Part shown: positions 1 through 9,748 of the stretch, piece after piece
Layout: each line of letters begins with the position of its first letter
Numbering within the stretch: position 1 is the first letter of the stretch
NCBI GenBank assembly: GCA_963666515.2
Contig: OY762897.2
Location: 1,536,001 to 1,600,000 of the forward strand
Source: Candidatus Binatia bacterium
GTDB taxonomy: Bacteria; Desulfobacterota; Binatia; UBA9968; JAJDTQ01
Reading direction: 5' to 3'
Length of the DNA: 64,000 nucleotides
Notes under the pieces: generated by a model
Database searches by the model: none
Told to the model about the DNA's origin: nothing
Seen by the model: only the letters and a program-made list of their open reading frames with translations
Program-made: the position numbers and the translations under genes

Positions 1-154
1 CGACTTCGCTCGGCTGACCTCGCTACGCTCAGGACGAACGGAGGAAACATTTCTCCAACCGTTCGTCCTGAGCCCTTCGACAGGCTCAGGATAACGGAGG
101 AACATTCCTCCAACCGTTCGTCCTGAGCGTAGCGAGGTCAGCCGAGCGAAGTCG
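1..154. repeat. REP-like palindromic repeat cluster, possibly cut by the window start
   Basis: Bases 1-41 are the perfect reverse complement of 114-154. There is an internal near-direct repeat AACGGAGGAA..CTCCAACCGTTCGTCCTGAGC (about 37-73 and 93-128) and a CCCTTCGACAGGCTCAGG core. Confidence 0.85.
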
Positions 155-180
155 AAGGACGCCATCATTGACGAGGTCAC

Positions 181-927
181 ATGGGAAGGCTTGACGGAAA
201 GGTCGCCATCGTAACCGGTGGCGCGCGCAACATCGGGGCGGTGTATGCGACGACGTTGGCGGCGGAAGGCGCGCGCGTGGTCGTCGCGGACGTGCTCGAC
301 GGCTCGGCGTCCGCGCAGGCCATCCGCGACGCCGGCGGCGAAGCCGTGAGCGTGGCGGTGGACGTCTCGCGTGAGGACGACACCCTGCGCATGGCCAAGA
401 CGGCCATGGACGCCTTCGGGCGCATCGACGTGCTGGTGAACAACGCCGCCATCTACGTCAGCATCCAGCGGCGGCCGTTCCACGAGATCTCCGCGGAGGA
501 GTGGGACCGGGTCACCGCGGTGAACATCAAGGGGGTGTTCCTGTGCGCCAAGGCCGTGTTCCCGCACATGCGCGACCAGGGCGGCGGCCGCATCATCAAC
601 ATCTCCTCCAACACGGTGATGGCCGGCACGCCCAACTTCCTGCACTACGTCGCGTCCAAATCCGCGCTCATCGGCATGACCCGCTCCATGTCACGGGAGC
701 TGGGCGCCTACGGCATCAGCGTCAACGCCATCGCCCCAGGGCTGGTGGAGCACGAGGGCCAGACCGTGCCCCCGGAGCTGTCCGCCAGCCGCGTGAGCGC
801 CCGCTCCATCCAGCGCCGGCAGACCCCCGAAGACCTCACCGGCGCCATGCTCTACCTCGCCGCCTCCGACAGCGACTTCGTTACCGGTCAGACCCTGGTG
901 GTGGACGGCGGCGACATCCTGTACTGA
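181..927 (+). CDS. SDR family oxidoreductase (FabG-like)
   Basis: TGGARNIG Rossmann motif, NNAA, YVASK catalytic motif, C-terminal GQTLVVDGG; GAGG RBS. Confidence 0.95.
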   Translation: MGRLDGKVAIVTGGARNIGAVYATTLAAEGARVVVADVLDGSASAQAIRDAGGEAVSVAVDVSREDDTLRMAKTAMDAFGRIDVLVNNAAIYVSIQRRPFHEISAEEWDRVTAVNIKGVFLCAKAVFPHMRDQGGGRIINISSNTVMAGTPNFLHYVASKSALIGMTRSMSRELGAYGISVNAIAPGLVEHEGQTVPPELSASRVSARSIQRRQTPEDLTGAMLYLAASDSDFVTGQTLVVDGGDILY

Positions 928-1021
928 TGCAACCCGCGTGCGGGCAAGGCCGCATGCCCTCGCTCCCGTAACAGCCGGCACCGCCGGCAGATGCCATCGC
1001 TGACGAACCCCACGCACGCCC

Positions 1022-2467
1022 ATGCCCAAGAGCCTGCGCACCTTTCTCGACGACCTGCGGCGCCAGCGCCCCGGGGAACTCGTGCACGTCACCCGGCCGG
1101 TGAACCCGGCGCGTCACGACGTTTCCGCCCTCATCGCCCAGTTGGCCGAGCGCAAGCAGTTCCCGGTGCTGCTGTTCGAGCGTCCGAAAAACCTTCACGG
1201 GAACACATCCGAAGTCAGGCTCGCCATGAACTGCGAAGTCTCCATGGGCAAGTTCCAGACCGCCCTGGGCGTGTCGCCGGAGACCACCCGGGCGGACCTG
1301 GCCCTGGAGTGCCTGCGCCGGGAGGCCAACCCCATCGCGCCGGTGGTGGTGGAACCTTCGGAGGCCCCGGTCAAGGAAGTGGTCCAACGCGGCGCGGAAG
1401 TCGACTTGTTCGAGCTGCCGGTGATGCGCCATCACGCCCTGGACGGCGGCCCCTACATCGACATGCCGAGCCTCGGGATCGACCGCCGCTCGGGCGTGTA
1501 CAACGTCTCCTACCACCGCATGGAGGTGAAGGACCGCAACCACACCGGCTTCTACCTGTCGCTGCAGCACCTGTGGCGCATCTTCCGGGACTACGAGGAC
1601 AACGGACAAGAGTGCCCGGTGGCTGCGGTGACCGGCCACCACCCGGCGTTCAACATCGGCGCCTGTTACCGCGGCCCGTTCGACGCCGACGAATTGGACA
1701 TCATCGGCGGTTACCTGCAGGAACCGCTCAGGCTGACCCCGTCCGAGACCTTCGGCGAGCGCCTGATGGTGCCGGCGGACGCAGAGGTCGTCATCGAAGG
1801 CGCGCTGATCCCGGGCAAACGCGTGGTCGAGGGACCGTTCGGCGAGGTGCACGGCTACGTCGGGCCCCAGGGCTACCGGCAGGCGGCCTTCCTGGAGGTG
1901 CGCGCCGTCACCCGCCGGCGCGACGCCATCCACCAGTCGGTGATCACCCCGGACGGCGACAAGCCTTGGATGGACCTGGCGCGCGAGGGCGCCTACCTGC
2001 GGCGCTGCCGCGAGGCCGTTCCGGGAGTGACCGCGGTGTGCAAGAACGGCCGCCACGCGCTGATGAACGTGTTCATCGCCATGAAAAAGATGTCGGAGGG
2101 AGACCCGGGCCGAGCCGCGGCCGCGGCGCTGAGCTTCGACCAGTGCAAGCACGTGTTCATCTTCGACGACGACATCGACGTCTACAACCCCACCGATATC
2201 CTCTGGGCCCTGGCCACCCGGGTGCAGCCGCACCGGCAGATATCGCTCATCCCCGACCTCATGCGCGGCCCCCTGATCGACCCCTCCATGGACGAGGGCA
2301 TCCGCACCTCCGCCATGATCATCGACGCCACCCGGCCGCTGGACCGCCCCTTCTCCCCCGTCTCCAAGTGCCCCGACGAAGCACTCGCACGCATCCGCAT
2401 AGAGGACTACCTCCCGCGCGACCTGCTGGACGCCATCCCCGTAGACCGCACCACCTACTGGGCCTGA
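1022..2467 (+). CDS. UbiD family prFMN-dependent (de)carboxylase
   Basis: 481 aa with YHRM, EGPFGE, DDDID and WALATR motifs typical of UbiD. Confidence 0.93.
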   Translation: MPKSLRTFLDDLRRQRPGELVHVTRPVNPARHDVSALIAQLAERKQFPVLLFERPKNLHGNTSEVRLAMNCEVSMGKFQTALGVSPETTRADLALECLRREANPIAPVVVEPSEAPVKEVVQRGAEVDLFELPVMRHHALDGGPYIDMPSLGIDRRSGVYNVSYHRMEVKDRNHTGFYLSLQHLWRIFRDYEDNGQECPVAAVTGHHPAFNIGACYRGPFDADELDIIGGYLQEPLRLTPSETFGERLMVPADAEVVIEGALIPGKRVVEGPFGEVHGYVGPQGYRQAAFLEVRAVTRRRDAIHQSVITPDGDKPWMDLAREGAYLRRCREAVPGVTAVCKNGRHALMNVFIAMKKMSEGDPGRAAAAALSFDQCKHVFIFDDDIDVYNPTDILWALATRVQPHRQISLIPDLMRGPLIDPSMDEGIRTSAMIIDATRPLDRPFSPVSKCPDEALARIRIEDYLPRDLLDAIPVDRTTYWA

Positions 2468-2513
2468 TGCTTTTAAGGAGGCTCTGATCGAAACTCTGAT
2501 TAATTCCCGCGTA

Positions 2514-2587
2514 CAGGATGGCGGGTCAGGCCCCCGGGGGATGTTGGGTCCGCCCTTCATCCCCCGGGGGCCTGACCCGCCATCCTG
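2514..2587. repeat. Perfect 30-bp inverted repeat (large hairpin, REP-like or terminator/stabiliser)
   Basis: CAGGATGGCGGGTCAGGCCCCCGGGGGATG at 2514-2543 pairs with 2558-2587 around a 14-nt loop. Confidence 0.85.
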
Positions 2588-2667
2588 CCATCTCCCCCGG
2601 ACCGCTTTGCATCCGCGTCCTGAATCCGTTACACCCCACCCCAACGCCGATTTGTGAAAGGAACGCC

Positions 2668-3591
2668 ATGCGCATAGGACTCCCCGACTTCGTCTCCAAC
2701 TCCTACTTCCCCGCCATCGCCGCGGTGGAACTCGGCTTCTTCAAGGACGAGGGGCTGGACATGGAGCTGGAGCTGATCTTCCCGGTGCCTTCGACCTTCG
2801 AGGCCTTGCGGGACCACAAGCTCGACTTCGTGGCCGCCTCCTCTCACGCCACCCTCACCAAGTTCCCGGACTGGAAGGGCGCCAAGCTGCTGGCCGCGCT
2901 GGCCCGGCACATGTACTGGTTCCTGGTGCTGCGCGCGGACCTGGGGGTCGAGCGCGGCGACATCGAAGCCGTCAAGGGCCTGCGGATCGGCGCGGCGCCG
3001 GGGGTGGACCTGGGGCTCAAGCGCATGCTCAAGGCCGCGGGCCTCGACCCCGAGACGGACAACATACAGATCGGACCCGTGCCCGGCGCCACCGCGGCCG
3101 GCGTCTCCTTCGGCGTGACCGCGGCCAAGGCCCTCTCCGAGGGCGCCATCGACGGCTTCTGGGCCAACGGCATGGGCGCGGAGGTGGCGGTGCGGCACGG
3201 CGCCGGCACCGTCGTGCTGGACATCCGGCGCGGCGAGGGCCCCGCGGAGGCGCGCGGCTACACCTTCCCCGCCCTCATCACCTCGGACCGGGTCATCTCC
3301 GAGAATCCCGACGCGGCCGCGGCCGCGGTGCGGGCGCTGGTCAAGACCCAGAAGGCGCTGGTGGAGGACCCCCAGCGGGCGGCGGACGTGGGCAAGGCCC
3401 TGTATCCGGCCGAAGAGGCCGACCTCATCGCCACCCTCATCGAGCGGGACACCCCCTACTACGACCCCAGAATCCCGGAGCCGGTGGTGACGAGCATGAA
3501 CCGGTTCGCCCAGGACATCGGCCTGCTGGCCGCGCCCGTGGCCTACCAGGATGTGGTCGCCACGCAGTTCAGCCACTTGTGGGAGGGCTGA
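2668..3591 (+). CDS. NMT1/SsuA/THI5-like substrate-binding-fold protein, no evident signal peptide
   Basis: AVELGFFKDEGLD motif; AAGGAA RBS before ATG 2668. Confidence 0.85.
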   Translation: MRIGLPDFVSNSYFPAIAAVELGFFKDEGLDMELELIFPVPSTFEALRDHKLDFVAASSHATLTKFPDWKGAKLLAALARHMYWFLVLRADLGVERGDIEAVKGLRIGAAPGVDLGLKRMLKAAGLDPETDNIQIGPVPGATAAGVSFGVTAAKALSEGAIDGFWANGMGAEVAVRHGAGTVVLDIRRGEGPAEARGYTFPALITSDRVISENPDAAAAAVRALVKTQKALVEDPQRAADVGKALYPAEEADLIATLIERDTPYYDPRIPEPVVTSMNRFAQDIGLLAAPVAYQDVVATQFSHLWEG

Positions 3592-3647
3592 GCCACCGGC
3601 GGCAACACGGGCGGGTCCGAAACCCGACCAACGAGAAAGGAAGCCCC

Positions 3648-4435
3648 ATGGACCTGTCACGCTTTTCCCTGGAAGGACGCACCACCATCATCACCGGCGG
3701 CAGCGGCGGCATCGGCCGCGCCTGCGCGCTGGCGTTCGCGCAAGCGGGTTCCAACGTGATGATCGCCTCGCTGCCGGCGGACTCCATCCCGCCGGTGGTG
3801 GCGGAAGTCGAAGCCCTGGGCGTCGGCGCCGCGGGTGTGGCCGCGGACGTGTCCGACGAAGATCAGGTCAGGAAGATGGTGGCCGCCACCCTGGACCGGT
3901 TCGGCCGCATCGACGCCCTCATCAACGTGGCCGGAGGCTCCTACAGCCGCAACCCGGAAATGCCGGCGTTCCAGCGCGGAACCCTGCTGGAGCTGTCGCC
4001 CGAGGACTTCATGGGGGTCTACGACGTCAACGCCAAGACGGCCTTCCTGTGCGCCAAGGCGTGGTGCCGCACATGAAGGAGCGGGGCAAGGGCGCCATCG
4101 TCAACATCGGCTCCATCTCCGGCCGCTCCACCAAGCACGAGCGGCCCAACATGGCCGCCTACGGCACGGCCAAGGCCGCGGTCATGAACCTCACCTTCCA
4201 CATGGCCAACCAGTGGGGGCCGGACGTGCGGGTGAACGCGGTGGCGCCGGGAATCATCGACACGCCGCGGCCGGGGGGCACGAGCCTGGCGCGCCTGGAA
4301 TCCGAAGGACTGGAGAACATCGCGCTGGGACGGCACGGCAAGCCCGACGAGGTGGCCGGCGTCGTGCTGTTCCTGGCCTCCGACGCGGCGTCGTTCGTCA
4401 ACGGCTCGGTGGTGGACGTCAACGGCGGCGAATAG
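3648..4435 (+). pseudogene. SDR family oxidoreductase with a 1-nt frameshift near 4060
   Basis: The N-half (TGGSGGIG, INVAG) is in one frame and the C-half (YGTAK, VNAVAPG) in another. GCCAAGGCGTGGTGCCG lacks one G relative to A-K-A-V-V-P. Confidence 0.85.
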
Positions 4436-6575
4436 CCGGGCGCCGCGTGGCATCCGGCAGGGTCGAGTTGGCGGGCGCCGGGGCGCGGGTCAGCGCGATG
4501 AAATCGGCGAGGACGTTGGCGGCCTCGTCCAGTATCGGGTCGTCCCTGGACAACGGGTCGGCGGCGATTCTCTCCTGCCTGTCGGCCTCCAACTCGGCGA
4601 AACTGGCAAAAGGCTTCTTGCCCTTGGCCACCCGCCGGACGTTCTCGCTTTCGAGCTGCCGGAGTTCGTCGCGCTCTTTCCTGGCCCTCCGCGTATCTTC
4701 GCTCAGCGACACGGTGGTCTCCCGCCGTTCCCTTTCCAGACGCGCGATGCGCGCCCGCAGGTGGGTGAAGTCCGGGTCCGCCTCCACCCGCCGGCGATGC
4801 CCGGCGGCCAAGGTCTCCAGGTAAGGCGCGGTATCGCCCGCGGGTGAATACCGGGCCTTGTCGATGGAGTCCCACGCCAGCGCGTTGTCCAGAGAGCTTT
4901 CGCCCACTTCCGTCTTGTCGATGGCGCCCGGAAACTCGATGTCGGGGACCACGCCGCGATGCTGGGTGCTCTCCCCGGAAACCCGGTAGAACTTGGCTTG
5001 GGTGAGCTTCAGGTGTCCCCGGCTAATCGGGATCAGGGTCTGCACCGTCCCCTTGCCGAAGGTCTGTCCGCCCAGCACGAGCCCTCTGCCGTAGTCCTGA
5101 ACGGCGCCGGCGAAGATCTCGGAGGCCGAGGCGCTCAGGCGGTTGACCAGCACCGCCAGCGGGCCGTCGTAGACGACGCCCGAGGCCCTGTCCGAGTGGA
5201 CCCGGATGACTCCCCGGCCGTCGCGGACCTGCACCACCGGTCCCCGGTCGATGAACAGGCCCACCAGCGCGATGGCTTCCTGCAGCGCCCCGCCGCCGTT
5301 GTCCCGCAGGTCGATGACCACTCCTGCGACGCCCGTCTCCTTCAACTCCGCGATCAACCGTTTCACGTCTCCGGACGTGCTCTTGAAATTGGGGTCGCCG
5401 GCGCGAAGCGCGGCGAAGTCTATGTAGAAAGTCGGCAACCGGATGACGCCGATCTTCTCCGTGCGCGAGCCGAGCTGGACCGGTATGGTCCGGCTGCTGG
5501 CCTGCTGCTCCGCGAGGTCCACCTTGTTGCGGACGATCCTGATGACCCTTCGTTCCCCCGTCGCGCTGACCCCGGGAATGATCTCGAGGCGCACGGTGGT
5601 CTCCTTGGGCCCGCGGATCAGGGACACCACCTCGTCGAGGCGCATGCCCAGGATGTCCACCATCTCGCCGTCCTCGCCCTGCCCGACGCCGACGATGCGA
5701 TCTCCCGCCTTGAGATCACCGGCCTTGTCGGCAGGTCCGCCCGCCACCAGCCGCACCACCTTGACGCTCTCGCCGTCGGCCTGCAGCACGGCGCCGATGC
5801 CCTCCAGGGACAAGCTCAAGTGTATGTTGAAGTTTTCGCTCTGATGCGGCGGATAATAGGCGGTATGGGGGTCGATGGCCCGAAGGAAAGCGTTGGTGTA
5901 GACGCGGAACACGTCGCTGTCGTTGGTTTGGGCCAGCCGCGTCAACTGGTTGCCGTACCGCTGCCGCAACGCCTTGCGGACGTCTTCCCGTCCGGTCTCG
6001 GCCAGCAGGCGATTCAATACGTCGCCCTTGAGTTGCCGGCGCCAACGCGCCCTGAGTTCGTCCGCGGAGCCCGCCCAGGCAGCGTTCTGCCGCGCTAGGC
6101 TCTCTTCCTTCTCGAAGTCGAGGCTATCGAAATCCTCGTCGAGGATACGGATCAGGAACCGGAGGCGTTCGGCCAGCCGCTGTCGATAGCGATTGAATAT
6201 CTTGAAGGCGGGACCCAGCTCCCCTGCCTTGAGCAGGTCGTCGAACCGGCTCCTGAGGGGTTCGAACTCCTCGACGTCCGCTGCCAGGAAATAGCTCCGG
6301 GAAGGATCCACCGCCCTCAGGTAGGAATCGAAAATCCTGCCGGAAACCCGGTCGTCCAGCGTGATGGGTTTGTAGTGTCCCTTGGTGAGCCTGTCCAGGA
6401 GCTCCACGCCGATGGCCGACTGTGCGCGGTCCGGAGAAAGGTCCGCGAGCGCCGGATCGGCCCCGCCTTGAGCCCACGCAAAGCTCGCCGGCAGCCAGAG
6501 AGCCACTGCCGCGACCGCGAAGCAACGTCTCAAGCGTGAACCCGCGCCGTCCGTTCCTGTTCTCTTTTCGCCCAA
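4419..6575 (-). CDS. prc: Carboxy-terminal processing (tail-specific) protease, S41 family
   Basis: Signal-like N-terminus, DPHT, PDZ GIGA, DLRDNGGG, SASASEI and TFGKG motifs. Start codon uncertain. Confidence 0.93.
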   Translation of the reverse strand: MGEKRTGTDGAGSRLRRCFAVAAVALWLPASFAWAQGGADPALADLSPDRAQSAIGVELLDRLTKGHYKPITLDDRVSGRIFDSYLRAVDPSRSYFLAADVEEFEPLRSRFDDLLKAGELGPAFKIFNRYRQRLAERLRFLIRILDEDFDSLDFEKEESLARQNAAWAGSADELRARWRRQLKGDVLNRLLAETGREDVRKALRQRYGNQLTRLAQTNDSDVFRVYTNAFLRAIDPHTAYYPPHQSENFNIHLSLSLEGIGAVLQADGESVKVVRLVAGGPADKAGDLKAGDRIVGVGQGEDGEMVDILGMRLDEVVSLIRGPKETTVRLEIIPGVSATGERRVIRIVRNKVDLAEQQASSRTIPVQLGSRTEKIGVIRLPTFYIDFAALRAGDPNFKSTSGDVKRLIAELKETGVAGVVIDLRDNGGGALQEAIALVGLFIDRGPVVQVRDGRGVIRVHSDRASGVVYDGPLAVLVNRLSASASEIFAGAVQDYGRGLVLGGQTFGKGTVQTLIPISRGHLKLTQAKFYRVSGESTQHRGVVPDIEFPGAIDKTEVGESSLDNALAWDSIDKARYSPAGDTAPYLETLAAGHRRRVEADPDFTHLRARIARLERERRETTVSLSEDTRRARKERDELRQLESENVRRVAKGKKPFASFAELEADRQERIAADPLSRDDPILDEAANVLADFIALTRAPAPANSTLPDATRRPAIRRR

Positions 6576-6784
6576 CTCGAAAAGACCCCGGCCTTTCCCT
6601 CGTTTGCGCCGTATTCCGGCTCACGCTACGGCTTGACATACTCGCCTACTAGAAGTTTAGCACAAATTGCAAGGTCACGGCGTGCCCGACAACGTGTTGC
6701 GTCCGGCGGCCACAGGCGTTAGCCTGAAAGGAGTCTCCCGGTCGCTCCAGGCGTCCGGCAGACGGCTTCGAAGGAGGATGCATC

Positions 6785-7939
6785 GTGAACCTGCCGCGCA
6801 ACCCCACGCGCCCGGTGCGCATCGGCACCACCGTCATCGGAGGCAACCATCCGATTGCGGTGCAGAGCATGTGCGCCACTCATACCCAGGACGTCGCGGC
6901 CACCGTTGCGCAGGTCAACGACTTGGCCCGGGCCGGGGCGGACGTGGTCCGCATCGCGGTGGACAGCAGGAAGGACGCCGCGGCGCTGGCGGAGATACGC
7001 GACGCCACCGAAGCGAACCTGTCGGTGGACCTCCAGGAGAACTACCGGCTCGCCGCCGCGGTGGCGCCCCACGTGGACAAGATCCGCTACAACCCCGGAC
7101 ACCTCTACCACCACGAGAAGCAGAAGCCCTGGCAGGACAAGGTCAAGTTCCTGGTGGAGGTGGCCGAGGCCAACGACTGCGCCATGCGCGTGGGGGTCAA
7201 CTGCGGCTCGGTGGACCCGGCGCAGCAGGAGAAGTTTCCCGAGGACGACTCCATCTCGCCGATGCTGGCGAGCGCCTGGGAGCACTGCGAGCTGCTGGAC
7301 GGCCTGGGCTACACGCGCTACTGCGTCTCGCTCAAGGACTCGGACCCGGCCAAGGTCATCGAGGTCAACAAGCGTTTCGCGGCCCAGCGCCCGGACGTGC
7401 CGCTCCATCTCGGCGTCACCGAGGCCGGGCTGCCGCCGGACGGCATCATCAAGACCCGCATCGCCTTCGAGCAACTCATCAGCCGGGGCATCGGCGACAC
7501 CATCCGGGTGTCCCTGACGGTCCCCAATCCGCGCAAGCCCGAGGAGATCACCGCCGGACGCGAGATCCTCGAAGACATCGCCGAGGGCCGGGTGCGCAGC
7601 GTCGTGGACTACGGCCGCGACACCCTCAACATCATCAGTTGTCCGAGCTGCTCGCGGGTGGAGAACGAGAACTTCGTGGAGCTGGCACAGCAGGTCAAGG
7701 AGATGACCGCCTACGCCGCGGAACACGCCATCACCATCGCGGTCATGGGCTGCCGCGTCAACGGACCCGGCGAGACCGACGACGCCGACCTGGGGTTGTG
7801 GTGCGGTCCCCGGTTCGTCAACCTCAAGCGCGGCAGCGAGCCGCTGGGAGCCTTCCCCTACGACGAGATCCTACCGCGTCTCAAGAAAGAGCTGGACGGC
7901 ATGATCGCCGGCCGGACTGACGCCGACGCCGCCGGCTGA
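6785..7939 (+). CDS. ispG: 4-hydroxy-3-methylbut-2-en-1-yl diphosphate synthase (GcpE)
   Basis: [34 protein letters not shown] and [10 protein letters not shown] motifs; GGAGG RBS. Confidence 0.96.
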   Translation: MNLPRNPTRPVRIGTTVIGGNHPIAVQSMCATHTQDVAATVAQVNDLARAGADVVRIAVDSRKDAAALAEIRDATEANLSVDLQENYRLAAAVAPHVDKIRYNPGHLYHHEKQKPWQDKVKFLVEVAEANDCAMRVGVNCGSVDPAQQEKFPEDDSISPMLASAWEHCELLDGLGYTRYCVSLKDSDPAKVIEVNKRFAAQRPDVPLHLGVTEAGLPPDGIIKTRIAFEQLISRGIGDTIRVSLTVPNPRKPEEITAGREILEDIAEGRVRSVVDYGRDTLNIISCPSCSRVENENFVELAQQVKEMTAYAAEHAITIAVMGCRVNGPGETDDADLGLWCGPRFVNLKRGSEPLGAFPYDEILPRLKKELDGMIAGRTDADAAG

Positions 7940-7971
7940 CGCTCTTCGGAGCGCGCGCTCCTCTTGTAGCC

Positions 7972-9054
7972 ATGGACTTCTGGCAACGGATCGACAAGCC
8001 CATCATCGGCCTCTCGCCCATGGACGGGGTCACGGACGCCTCGTTCCGCTTGGTGGCGGCGCGTCACGGACGGCCGGACCTGTGCATGACGGAGTTCACC
8101 AGCGTCGAGGGCATCTGCTGCGGCGCCGACAGTTTCGTGCGGGACTTCCACTACGGCGAGTACGAGCGTCCGATCCTGGCGCAGATCTACGGCCGGACTC
8201 CCCGCGCCTTCTACCAGGTGGCGCACATCGTCTGCGAGCTAGGCTTCGACGGTCTCGACATCAACATGGGGTGCCCGGCCAAGAACGTCGCCAACAAGGG
8301 TTGCGGCGCCGGGCTGATCCTCAACCCGGAGCTGGCGGTGACCATCGTCCGGGAGGCGCGCCGGGGCATCGCGGACTGGGCCGCGGGGCAGCGGCTGGAG
8401 GAAACGGGCTTGGCGCCGGAGGTGCTGGACAGGGTCCGCGCCATGAACCGCGGGCGGCCGCAGCCGGCGGCCCGGCAGGCCATCCCGCTCTCGGTCAAGA
8501 CGCGCGTGGGATACGACCGGGTGGCGGTGGACGAGTGGATCCCCGTGCTGCTGGCCGAACGGCCCGCGGCCATTTCCGTGCACGGCCGGACGCTGAAGCA
8601 GATGTACAAGGGGCTCGCCGACTGGGACGCCATCCACCGCGCGGTGGAGTTGGCCCGCGGCCTGCCGACGCTGATCCTGGGCAACGGGGACCTCAAGTCC
8701 ATGGCGGACGCGGTGGAGCGCATCCGGCAGACCGGCGTGGACGGCGTGCTGCTCGGGCGAGGCGCCATGGGCAATCCGTGGATCTTCCGGGACAAGCAGT
8801 GGGCCAAAGACAGCCTGGCCGGAATCACGCATCCGGGCGGACCGGACCTCGACGTGAGCCAGGAAGAGCGCACGCGGGTCTTGCTGGAGCACAGCCGCCA
8901 CTTCGAGACCCTCTGGGGCGAGCGCCGCTTCCACGCCATGCGCAAGCACCTGGCCTGGTACTGCAAGGGGTTCCGCGGCGCAGCGCAATGGCGCGCGCAA
9001 ATGGTCCGGGCCCGGAACGCCGAGGAAGTGGCGCGCATCGTCGGGGCCGCCTGA
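7972..9054 (+). CDS. tRNA-dihydrouridine synthase (Dus family)
   Basis: PMDGVTD, DINMGCP, VHGRT, GNGD and GRGAMGNPW motifs. Confidence 0.93.
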   Translation: MDFWQRIDKPIIGLSPMDGVTDASFRLVAARHGRPDLCMTEFTSVEGICCGADSFVRDFHYGEYERPILAQIYGRTPRAFYQVAHIVCELGFDGLDINMGCPAKNVANKGCGAGLILNPELAVTIVREARRGIADWAAGQRLEETGLAPEVLDRVRAMNRGRPQPAARQAIPLSVKTRVGYDRVAVDEWIPVLLAERPAAISVHGRTLKQMYKGLADWDAIHRAVELARGLPTLILGNGDLKSMADAVERIRQTGVDGVLLGRGAMGNPWIFRDKQWAKDSLAGITHPGGPDLDVSQEERTRVLLEHSRHFETLWGERRFHAMRKHLAWYCKGFRGAAQWRAQMVRARNAEEVARIVGAA

Positions 9055-9058
9055 AGAC

Positions 9059-9700
9059 ATGCGCGTCATCCTCGCGTCGACCTCGCCGCGCCGGCGCGAC
9101 ATCGTGGCCCTCCTGGGCGTCCCCTTCGAGGTCCGCCCCCCCGATTTCCTCGAAACCACCCGCGACGACCTGACCGCCGGCGAGGAAGCGCTGGAGCTTG
9201 CGCTGGGCAAGGCCCGCTCCATCGCGTCCGTGGAGCCGGAGGCCCTGGTGGTGGGAGGCGACACCCTGATCGCCCTGGACGGCGAGAAGATCGGCAAGCC
9301 CGAGGATGCGGCAGACGCCGCATCCATCCTCCGCCGGCTCTCCGGCCGGACCCACCGCATCCTGACCGGCGTGGCCCTGATCCACCGCGCCACGGGCCGG
9401 GAGCAGACCCACCTGGAACGCGTCGAGGTGCGCATGCGCCATTCCACCGACGCCGAGATCGCCGGCTACGTGGCGCAGGGCGAATCCATGGACAAGGCCG
9501 GCGCCTACTCCATCCAGGGTAAAGGTCACCGGCTGATCGAGAGCATCCGCGGCGACTACCTCGCCGCGGTGGGCCTGCCGTTGCGGCCCATCGCGGACTA
9601 TCTCAGAAACGCCGGCACTGACATCCCAGCGGATGTCGAGAAACTGTACCGCGAAAGGTCGCTGTGGACGTGGAGCCAAGTCACGTCCGCCAGCTCGTAG
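9059..9700 (+). CDS. maf: Maf family nucleotide pyrophosphatase
   Basis: ILASTSPRR, GKP, LSGRTH and DKAGAYSIQG motifs. Confidence 0.95.
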   Translation: MRVILASTSPRRRDIVALLGVPFEVRPPDFLETTRDDLTAGEEALELALGKARSIASVEPEALVVGGDTLIALDGEKIGKPEDAADAASILRRLSGRTHRILTGVALIHRATGREQTHLERVEVRMRHSTDAEIAGYVAQGESMDKAGAYSIQGKGHRLIESIRGDYLAAVGLPLRPIADYLRNAGTDIPADVEKLYRERSLWTWSQVTSASS

Positions 9701-9748
9701 GACGGCAGGCCCCTGGGGCGACCCGCGGTCGCCCTGCAAATCGACACA

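Noticed and set aside
1-160. Possible CRISPR array
   Set aside because: Only two near-identical units inside an inverted repeat, no unique spacers and no cas genes.
881-2644. Long antisense and alternate-frame ORFs (for example 881-2644, 41288-43369, 46522-48279, 13318-15024)
   Set aside because: Shadow ORFs of GC-rich genes: they overlap well-supported CDSs and have no motifs.
4419-4435. Convergent 17-bp overlap of the prc and SDR 3' ends
   Set aside because: Short tail overlaps are common in GC-rich genomes; no sign of function.
6633-6780. Possible promoter or riboswitch in the prc-ispG intergenic region
   Set aside because: TTGACA is present but there is no convincing -10 box and no riboswitch consensus I recognise.
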